Assembly: GCA_963811165.1 (NCBI GenBank)
Contig: CAWEQH010000010.1
Coordinates: forward strand, 1,027,920 to 1,091,919
Direction: 5' to 3'
Length of the DNA: 64,000 nt
Origin: an uncultured Nitrospiraceae bacterium
GTDB taxonomy: Bacteria > Nitrospirota > Thermodesulfovibrionia > Thermodesulfovibrionales > UBA6898
Shown here: positions 36,176-43,945 of the stretch, in pieces
Position numbering within the stretch: the stretch's first letter is position 1
Layout: each line of letters opens with the position of its first letter
The notes under the pieces: generated by a model
Told to the model about the DNA's origin: nothing
Database searches by the model: none
Seen by the model: only the letters and a program-made list of their open reading frames with translations
Made by a program: the position numbers and the translations under genes

Positions 36176-36880
36176 TTAAGGGTTCGAAATCGTCACCTGG
36201 ACGATGACCGTACTCACAGTGTCCGTGACGGTTAAAGTGGCAATTGCTGTGGTGCCACTTGCCGGACATGTGCCGGGTGTTACCGAAAATTTCCCGTTTG
36301 TCGTAAGAGTGGTTGTTGAAAGCGTAACGAGCCCAGTTGGCGATGCGGCAACGCTGTAGTTACTGAGTGTACCGCCTGTTACCGTAAATATCTGGGATGT
36401 CGGCACTCCTGTCGTTCCGGAACAACTTAAGGCAGCCGATGTCGGTGACACCGCAAGCGGGGCCGGTGGAAGGTTCTTTGTTGCACTCCAGTCCCCTGAT
36501 CCGTCCGAACCTGTGCTTGTATATGTTCCGGACATTGTCTTCCAATCAGGGCCTGCGGTGCCGGCCAAGGTTGTGGTTGTTCCATCTAGGTTATTAAGAG
36601 TAAGAGCAACATCATTGCCGCTTACAGTCCCCGTGATTGTGGCGCCATCCGACTTTGTTCCCGAAATAGTATTGTCCGTTTGTGTCAGGGTGCAAGGTAT
36701 TGCTGCGAGTGTGGATGCGCCGGACGGGGTAAGAAATAAATTCCAGCTGCCGCTCACGTCTCCTTCATTGGGAAAGCTGCGGAATGTGCCCCCACAGCCA
36801 AATAGAGATACAGATAAGATTACCACAAAAAGACAGAGTAATAATGCCTTGGGCCAATCCTTTGTGACACACTTTCCCAT
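36176..36880 (-). CDS. Thr/Gly-rich lipoprotein, unknown function
   Basis: Signal peptide with lipobox (LCLFVVILSVSLFGC). The mature part is rich in T, S and G. Confidence 0.6.
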   Translation of the reverse strand: MGKCVTKDWPKALLLCLFVVILSVSLFGCGGTFRSFPNEGDVSGSWNLFLTPSGASTLAAIPCTLTQTDNTISGTKSDGATITGTVSGNDVALTLNNLDGTTTTLAGTAGPDWKTMSGTYTSTGSDGSGDWSATKNLPPAPLAVSPTSAALSCSGTTGVPTSQIFTVTGGTLSNYSVAASPTGLVTLSTTTLTTNGKFSVTPGTCPASGTTAIATLTVTDTVSTVIVQVTISNP

Positions 36881-37007
36881 GCTTCCTACCTCCGAAGATT
36901 ACAGATTACCGCTTCAAATATACCATATCCGGTGAGAGACTGGAAAGCGATGTTTCAGTCAGCCTTTACAAATGGATTTAGCCCGGCGCTAAAATGTATC
37001 ATTAAAT

Positions 37008-37223
37008 ATGGGACCGCGATTGTATCTCAAAGTGGGAGATTCGGTGAGACATCTCCGGTATAACTTTTGGGGAAAGGGGCAGGTGGTCGAAGAAAAACAC
37101 TCCTCCCTTTCAGGCGGTTTCTGCATGGTCAGGGTCCTCTTCGCCGACGGCAAGGAAAGGTCCTTTATCAACGACCTTGATAATGAGTGCTGCTGTTACT
37201 ATTCCGGCATCAGGCTTCTGTAG
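37008..37223 (+). CDS. small DUF3553-like protein
   Basis: 71 aa. LKVGDSVRHLRYNFWGKGQVVEE...VLFADGKERSF resembles the DUF3553 pattern as I recall it. Confidence 0.4.
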   Translation: MGPRLYLKVGDSVRHLRYNFWGKGQVVEEKHSSLSGGFCMVRVLFADGKERSFINDLDNECCCYYSGIRLL

Positions 37224-37333
37224 CATCCTGTTTTGAAGTCGAGGCGGTCCCGCAGAGGTCCCGGTTAATTCGCCTTGGAAAAAATATCTTCTCTCCTTTT
37301 TTCCCGCCGTATGGGCCTTTCCCACCCATATGC

Positions 37334-38221
37334 TTAGATCGATTGAACAGCCTCGGCAATAACATCCCTCACGCCTCTATGGAAAACAATCGAGGCATGG
37401 TTTAAAGGGAAATTAAGGTGTTCGTCTGCATAAGGGAGCACCGAGCTTGAGGCCGATACAAGGCCGTCGCCGTGCCCGTCCCTCATCTCTTCGGGGAACA
37501 TCTTCTCCGGTACCACACCGGCAAGCAGTTGCGGCAGCGGCAGTGCAAGTGCCCTGAAAAGGTCCGGGTCCGTACCGCCGATAGAAATATACTTAGCCCC
37601 TTTCACCTTCTCGTCTTTCAGTCTCCCGTAAAAGTCCGATCCGGGCAGCAGTTCCTTCAGCCCGCTGCTGCCCAGGAACCTCAGTATCTTGCGGAATGCC
37701 GTATCAGCCTCTTTCCTGTCGAAGTTTTTCAAAAGACGGGTCACTGCGTTCGCCAGGGGCGACATAAATACGGCCCATTTTGCCAATGACGTACCTCCGT
37801 GCGGAGTAGAGAGTGTTATCACTGCCCGTGTCGTATCCGCACCGGCCTCGAGATATTTTCTCGCTATGAGCCCCCCTCTGCTGTGGCAGATAAAAAACAC
37901 CCCCTCATGCGCTTGTTCCGGGTGTTTTAGGAGGATTTGTCCGAGTTCCCCGACCGCAACCGATATCGGACCTGCCGGTCTGGACTGAGACCAGGTGAGA
38001 ACACTGAATCCAAGCCCCTCAAGGTCTTGGTAAGACGTCCGCATTTCAACGTCCTTTCCAAGCAGGACGCTTAAAGGATACCTCCCGCCAAGCACCCTCG
38101 CCCGGGCAGGGTCTGTCCAGAAGTCCGCATCCATGCCAAGGCCATGAATGAAGACAACAAGAGGTTTATGCTTGTCTCCTTCGCGGAACCGTATATCGAG
38201 TTTCACCAGTTTTTCCTTCAT
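37334..38221 (-). CDS. alpha/beta-fold hydrolase (lipase/PGAP1-like)
   Basis: 295 aa. LVVFIHGLG oxyanion region and nucleophile elbow CHSRGG. Confidence 0.7.
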   Translation of the reverse strand: MKEKLVKLDIRFREGDKHKPLVVFIHGLGMDADFWTDPARARVLGGRYPLSVLLGKDVEMRTSYQDLEGLGFSVLTWSQSRPAGPISVAVGELGQILLKHPEQAHEGVFFICHSRGGLIARKYLEAGADTTRAVITLSTPHGGTSLAKWAVFMSPLANAVTRLLKNFDRKEADTAFRKILRFLGSSGLKELLPGSDFYGRLKDEKVKGAKYISIGGTDPDLFRALALPLPQLLAGVVPEKMFPEEMRDGHGDGLVSASSSVLPYADEHLNFPLNHASIVFHRGVRDVIAEAVQSI

Positions 38222-38296
38222 AGAAAGTGTATTGATGAATTATAACAGACTGGAAGAGGGCGCAAAGATTCACCGTCAAAAAATAAGAACTGGGTA

Positions 38297-38414
38297 AGGA
38301 CGGCTTTTTCGCTCATTCTCGTCCCGAAAAGTTGGTAGCGGGACTCCGAGGCAATTTCTCGACTCGCCGTATGCGAGTCAAAACGAGAAATTGAAGCCGC
38401 TCAAATGCCGTCCT
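38297..38414 (-). repeat. copy D of a ~115-nt structured intergenic element (minus orientation)
   Basis: The minus strand reads AGGACGGC-ATTTGAGCGGCTTC-[hairpin CAATTTCTCG...CGAGAAATTG with inner ACTCGC/GCGAGT]-CCTCGGAG-[hairpin GTCCCG...CGGGAC]-GAGAATGAGCGAAAAA-GCCGTCCT. It shares these conserved blocks with the copies at 46306, 46526 and 50356. Confidence 0.6.
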
Positions 38415-38531
38415 CACTCAGTGGTCGCGTATAGGCTGTAAGGACTAGGTTGTTTTGCCTGCTGCATGCTGATACACTTTGTTCATGGAGCCGATAATCA
38501 GACATAGGATTTTTTATCCAAAAGGCTGCTC

Positions 38532-39917
38532 ATGAAAGAGTATGACGTCGTAGTTATCGGTTCCGGAGCTGCGCTTCATATTGTCGAAAATGCCATGTCC
38601 CATGGGTTTTCTACGGCACTGATCGACCGGGGGCCTCTTGGCGGGACCTGCCTCAATGTGGGCTGCATACCGTCAAAGATGCTCATCTATCCCGGCGACA
38701 GGGTCATGGAGATCATGGATTCGGAGAAACTCGGCGTGACCGCAGAGATAAGGGATATCGACTTCAATGCGATCATGAAGAGGATGGTAAGGACGGTATC
38801 CAGGGGTGAAGCCCATATAAGGGAGGTCATCCGGCTGGCCGAGGAACTTGATTTCTACGAGGGACAGGGACATTTCATCGCCGAACGCACACTTGAGGTA
38901 AACGGCGAGCAGGTCAGGGGGAAGAGGATATTCATCGCCTCCGGGGTCAGACCCCAGGTACCCCCTATCCCGGGAATAGACATGATAGATTTTCTGACCA
39001 ACGAGAGTCTGCTTCGTCTAAAGACGAGACCGGAAAGCCTTATCATTCTGGGGGGTGGCTACATAGCCGCGGAATATGCCCATTTTTTTTCGGCCATGGG
39101 CAGCGCAGTTACCATACTTCAGAGAAACAAGAGGATCGTGCCTGACGAAGAGCCCGAGGTATCCGAGCTCCTGAGAAAAAAGCTCGGAGCGCGAATGAAG
39201 GTGTTTACGAATACGGAGGCGGTCTCGATAAGGAAATCGGGGCGGGACTGCGAAGTCACCGCCAGGGAGAGAGGGTCCGGCAAAGAAAGAAAATTCTCAG
39301 CCGAAAAGATCCTCCTTGCCAGCGGAAGGACCTCGAATGCCGATCTTTTGAGGGTCCAGGATACCGGGGTCGAGACAGATAAACGGAACTTCATAAAGGT
39401 AAACGAATATTTCGAGACGAGCACGAAAAATATATGGGCCTTCGGCGACGCGCTCGGGAAAAAGATGTTCAGACATGTTGCAAACAAAGAGGCGGCCGCC
39501 GTCTTTCGCAATGCCTTTCACAATTCGAAGGAAACGGTCGATTACCTCGCTGCGCCGCACGCGGTTTTTACCTGGCCCGAGATCGCATCGGTCGGCCTCA
39601 CCGAAGAAGAAGCGAGACGGCGGTACCATATCCATGATCTTCTTGTGGGCAGGGCAAACTATTCAGACGTTGCACGCGGAGAAGCGATGATGGAGGAGGA
39701 GGGTTTCTGTAAAGCGATCGTAAAAAAAGACGGGGACAAGATACTCGGGTTCCATATCATCGGCCCGCATGCCTCAATCCTTATCCAGGAGGTAATCATC
39801 GCAATGGCAAATAACCTGAACATCTGGGCAATGAATAAAGGTATGCATATCCATCCCTCTTTGTCCGAAGTGATCATGGCCGCCCTGGGCAACCTCGAAG
39901 AAGCCGGAGCAGCATAG
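38532..39917 (+). CDS. class I pyridine nucleotide-disulfide oxidoreductase (dihydrolipoyl dehydrogenase / mycothione-reductase-like)
   Basis: 461 aa. YDVVVIGSGAA, redox-active GGTCLNVGCIPSK, NAD fold LIILGGGYIAAEYA, and a C-terminal dimerisation HPSLSE motif. Confidence 0.8.
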   Translation: MKEYDVVVIGSGAALHIVENAMSHGFSTALIDRGPLGGTCLNVGCIPSKMLIYPGDRVMEIMDSEKLGVTAEIRDIDFNAIMKRMVRTVSRGEAHIREVIRLAEELDFYEGQGHFIAERTLEVNGEQVRGKRIFIASGVRPQVPPIPGIDMIDFLTNESLLRLKTRPESLIILGGGYIAAEYAHFFSAMGSAVTILQRNKRIVPDEEPEVSELLRKKLGARMKVFTNTEAVSIRKSGRDCEVTARERGSGKERKFSAEKILLASGRTSNADLLRVQDTGVETDKRNFIKVNEYFETSTKNIWAFGDALGKKMFRHVANKEAAAVFRNAFHNSKETVDYLAAPHAVFTWPEIASVGLTEEEARRRYHIHDLLVGRANYSDVARGEAMMEEEGFCKAIVKKDGDKILGFHIIGPHASILIQEVIIAMANNLNIWAMNKGMHIHPSLSEVIMAALGNLEEAGAA

Positions 39918-40096
39918 GTCTCTTCTTCCTGCCGGCGCTGCCGTTATTGAAAGTATTTTCTCGCCATTTCAAGCTTTTTTTCTGAAAGACTTCAAGGCTG
40001 CTCCCCCCTTCGAGGGCATGATGTCGAGGCCGTAAAATCGGACTTTTTCGGTTTTAATAGTTGCTTTAATTCATAATTATATAGTTTCGAAATATC

Positions 40097-40125
40097 TTGA
40101 CATTTGTTTTCCTTTTGCTTATCCT
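40097..40125 (+). promoter_or_regulatory. sigma70-like promoter upstream of the octaheme cytochrome gene
   Basis: TTGACA (40097-40102), a 17-nt spacer, then TATCCT (40120-40125). It lies about 195 nt upstream of the ATG at 40319. Confidence 0.4.
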
Positions 40126-40278
40126 ATGAAAAATAATTCTCAATTTCGGTGACAGGGGTTGATAATGCTCATAAGACATTTGTCCCAGTTTGCCAACAGT
40201 AGGCCTTCCACCAGGCTCAGCAGCCCGATGCAATCCGTAATTACCTTTCCCCATTTCTTAAGGAAATCCAGTTCATGA

Positions 40279-40294
40279 ACTTTTGATCAAAAGT
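40279..40294. promoter_or_regulatory. perfect 16-bp palindrome ACTTTTGATCAAAAGT (candidate operator)
   Basis: Self-complementary over all 16 nt. It lies 25 nt upstream of the cytochrome ATG, between the predicted promoter and the RBS (GGGGG). Confidence 0.3.
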
Positions 40295-40318
40295 AAAAAT
40301 AACTTTTAGGGGGTACCG

Positions 40319-41784
40319 ATGAAGGTATTAAAAGTGTCATTTCAGTTCGTTGCAGCAGTCATTTTGTCGTTGTTTCCTTTAGGCGCTTCGTCGAATGCGA
40401 CTACCGACCATACAACACTGATAAAAGGGCCTTTCAAAAACGGGGAAGAAGTGACAAAGGCATGCCTTCAGTGTCACGAGAAACAGGCGGATGAAGTCAT
40501 GCAGACCCCCCATTACAAATGGAAAGGAGTTCCGCGAACGGTAAAAGGCCTCGAAAACAGTAAGGAGGAATACGGCAAGGCAAATCTGGTCAATAACTTC
40601 TGCACCGACGTCGAGGGCGGCAGCAGGCCCTTCTGCATCAAATGTCATGCGGGCTACGGTTGGACGGAAAATGGCTCCCTGCCTGCGGAAAAGTCCAAGG
40701 TCGACTGTCTTGTGTGTCATGCGAAAGAAGGCAGATACAGAAAGGGCATCGGCGGAGAGGTAGACCAGGAGTTGTTCTCAAGGGGGAAAATGGACCTCGT
40801 AAAGGCGGCCCAGAGTGTAAGCCTGCCCAACCGGGACAACTGCGGGGTCTGCCATTTCTTCGGTGGGGGGGAGACGCGGTCAAGCATGGCGACCTGGATT
40901 CTACACTTAGTAAACCCAAGAAGGCGCATGACGTCCACATGGGCGGGCCGGCCGACATGAACTGTCAGGCATGTCATGTCTCTAAGGATCACAGGATCGC
41001 AGGGGCCTCTACCTTTTTGGCCACGAACGACGGAAGGGTCTCCTGCGAGGACTGCCACAGAGACCCGCACAAGGACTCTTCGGAGCATAAACTTCTCTTA
41101 AGACATTCAAAAACCGTCGCATGTCAGACATGCCACATCCCGGTCTTTGCAAAAGGACAGGCCACAAAGATGAGCTGGGACTGGTCAGACGTCGGAAAGG
41201 ACCTTGAGCCGACTGAGACATTCGGCAAAGAGACGTTTGCCAAACACAAAGGGACCTTTGTATGGGCCATGAATGTAACGCCGAGTTACGCATGGTATAA
41301 CGGTAAAATCGAGAGATATCTTAAGGGAGATAAGATAAAAAACCCGAGCCAGACAGTCTATCTCTCACGGCCGGTCGGAAACATAAAAGACGAAGACTCC
41401 AAAATCTATCCCTTCAAGATCCACAGGGGCAAACAGCCCATGGATTCACAGTATAAATATCTTTCGATTTTCCAGAATTACGGCGGATTGTGGTCCCATT
41501 ATAACTGGCAAAAGGCGCTGACGGACGGCGCAAAGGCCTCGGGTCTTCCCTATAGCGGCAAGTTCGAGTTCGTCTCCACCGCCTTCTACGGAAGTATAAA
41601 CCATGAAGTCGTTCCCAAGGAACAGGCCCTGAAATGCGGGGACTGCCATTTTGGCAAAGACACGCGGCTTGACTGGAAGGCCCTCGGCTATGCCGGCGAC
41701 CCAATGAGGGTAGGAGGAAGGTTTGAAAAAACATCGAAAGAAACTGCAGTCAGAAAGGTTTTAAAAAAAGCAGCCGTTAAATAA
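40319..41784 (+). pseudogene. octaheme c-type cytochrome, tetrathionate-reductase (OTR) family; frame broken in a G7 tract
   Basis: Signal peptide followed by CLQCH, CIKCH, CLVCH and CGVCH in ORF 40319-40960. CQACH, CEDCH, CQTCH and CGDCH follow in ORF 40642-41784 (the -1 frame). The two frames join at GGTGGGGGGGAGAC (G7, 40865-40871). Eight G would read CHFFGGGGDAVKHGDLDSTL and give a continuous 488-aa protein. Confidence 0.75.
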
Positions 41785-41835
41785 AACAACAAAAGAGCGG
41801 CCTTAATTGCCGCTTCGGAAAAAAAGGAGGAAGGT

Positions 41836-42156
41836 ATGAAAAGAGTTTCAAGTGCAGCTACGGTCCTGGCCCTGATGATTTTCTGTCTGTCCATAGTCGC
41901 CGCTGTTGCGGTGGCGGAGGACAAAATCAGCGTAAAAGGCAAGATCAAGGACTATGACCTTGACGCCAAAACCGTGTTGGTCACGACCGACGACGGCAAA
42001 GACATGACGTTCGTTATAGAAAACGAAAAGGCCCTTCAAAAACTCGATGACAGACTCTTTAAGGGGGACGAGGTAAAGGTCAAATACACCGTTAAGGACG
42101 GCAAAAACTGCGTCAGGGAAAACAGCGACTTCAAAGGCACAAAACCAGGCTGCTGA
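41836..42156 (+). CDS. small periplasmic protein, unknown function, C-terminal Cys
   Basis: AAGGAGGAAGG followed by ATG. Signal peptide ...VAAVAVAED. The beta-rich mature part ends ...FKGTKPGC. Confidence 0.6.
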   Translation: MKRVSSAATVLALMIFCLSIVAAVAVAEDKISVKGKIKDYDLDAKTVLVTTDDGKDMTFVIENEKALQKLDDRLFKGDEVKVKYTVKDGKNCVRENSDFKGTKPGC

Positions 42157-42185
42157 GCGGCCGAACGTTCCAAGGAGGTGTTCGA

Positions 42186-43776
42186 ATGAAAGTATTCCTT
42201 GCGGTACTGCTCTCTCTTTCTCTTTTTGTCCCGGTCTCTGCCTTTGCGGCCGATCAGGCAGAACTGATGAAAAAGATAGACGACATGTCAAGGCAGCTAC
42301 AGGAGCTGAAGCAGCAGATGCAGGACATGCAGAAAAAAGAGACCGCAGCAACGGAGAAGATCAAGAAGGTCGAAAAAAAGGTCGAAGACGGCCTCAAAGC
42401 CGTCGTGGCTTGAAATCGGCGGCGATTACAGGGGCAGGTATGACTACCTCAAAGGCACGGTCCACGACTACTACAGCTTTACCCAGGTCCTGCCGTTTTT
42501 CCTCGGCATGCCCGGCGCACAGGCGCCGCAGCTGATTCAGGCCCACGACGTAAAGAACGATGCTCTTTTGACAAACCGTTTCGGGCTTAACCTCAAGGCA
42601 AGGGCGACTGAAGACATCACGGTAAAGGCAAGATTGCTGATGTACAAGGTTTGGGGACATGAGACGGACGAGCCTGTCGCAGGCCCCACGAGCGCATTTT
42701 TTGCCGACAAGTTTTTTGTCTTCGACGGCAATGTTTCTCATATCCCTGAAGACAATGTCCTCAGGGTAGACCAGGCATTTGCAACATGGTCAAATATTGG
42801 AAAACTCCCCGTATGGTTTTCTGTCGGCAGACGGCCCTCAACAGGAGGCGTCCCGACCAATTTAAGACAAAACGTCGAAAAAAGCGGAAGCTCGGGGGTG
42901 CCGGGGCTTCTTGTAGACTACGCATTCGACGGCGCGACGCTGGGCGTTGCCCCGGACATAGACGCCCTGCCCGGCGCATATGCAAAAATCTGTTATGGAA
43001 GGGGCTTTGACGCGGGGTTCAAGTCCTCGGATAAGGGCCTCAATAATGTGGACTTCATGGGCGTAAATGTGGTCCCCTACGACACCGACAATCTCCATGT
43101 CGAGCTTCAGTGGGACCGCGGGTTCCAGTTTTTCGCTTTTCCGGAGAACACGTTTAGTCCCTTATTCAACGCCAGCAATACAAATCTCGGTGACATAGAC
43201 CAGTACGGCGCACTCGTTATGGGGAAGATTAAAGACATCGGGATCGGCGACCTCAATCTTTTCGTAAACGGCGCCGTAAGCCGGTCACATCCCAACGATA
43301 ACCTCTTTTCCATCGACACGCCTTCGGGACCCGTTCCCGTTGCCGGTCTCCTTTATGACGCACCGAATTTCGGCGGGGTAAAGGAAGGCCACACCGGCAC
43401 GGCCCTTTATCTGGGCACGAGATATGATATTACGTCTACGGGCACCAAAATTGGTCTGGAATATAATTACGGCTCCAAGTACTGGGTGGCCTTCACACCG
43501 GCCTCGGACGATATGTGGACAAGCAAGCTCGGGGCCCACGGAAATGTCTATGAGGCATATGTCATCCAGGAGATCAAAAGCAAGCCGATATCAAAGTACG
43601 GCAAGGCCTTCTTCAGGCTGGGGTATCAGTATTACGATTTCAACTACACAGGAAGCAACAACTGGGTGGGAGCGCCGAAAAGCATGTCGGATTTGAACAA
43701 CCCAATGAACGCCCAGATGTTTGCACCTCTTGAGAAGGCCCATGACGTATATCTGACCTTTGAGGTAACGTTCTAA
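42186..43776 (+). pseudogene. outer-membrane beta-barrel protein (DUF3373-like) with N-terminal coiled coil; one frame break near 42373-42413
   Basis: ORF 42186-42413 encodes a signal peptide and coiled coil (AADQAELMKKIDDMSRQLQELKQQMQDMQKK...) and stops at TGA. The +1 frame is open from about 42305 and reads ...KPSWLEIGGDYRGRYDYLKG... through to a C-terminal ...VYLTFEVTF (OMP-type terminal Phe). Removing one nt (A7 at 42373-42379 or AAA at 42396-42398) gives about 529 aa. Confidence 0.65.
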
Positions 43777-43945
43777 CGTGCCGTTACACGCGCCGTGCGG
43801 CTGATGCCGCACGGCGCGTCATTTTGAACATATATGGCCCTTGAAATGTCTCTCCCTGCCCTGCCCTCTTCGCGGCCCCGCCTGCCATGGTCACATCCAC
43901 CTATCGAACTAAAATCCAAATTATTTTTCCTGAATTTTCCCATCC

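Noticed and set aside
40642-40864. N-terminal 74 codons of ORF 40642-41784 (MSCGLRLDGKWLPACGKVQ...)
   Set aside because: This part overlaps the heme-motif-bearing frame of ORF 40319-40960 and is out-of-frame read-through. Only the part after the G7 tract is genuine cytochrome sequence.
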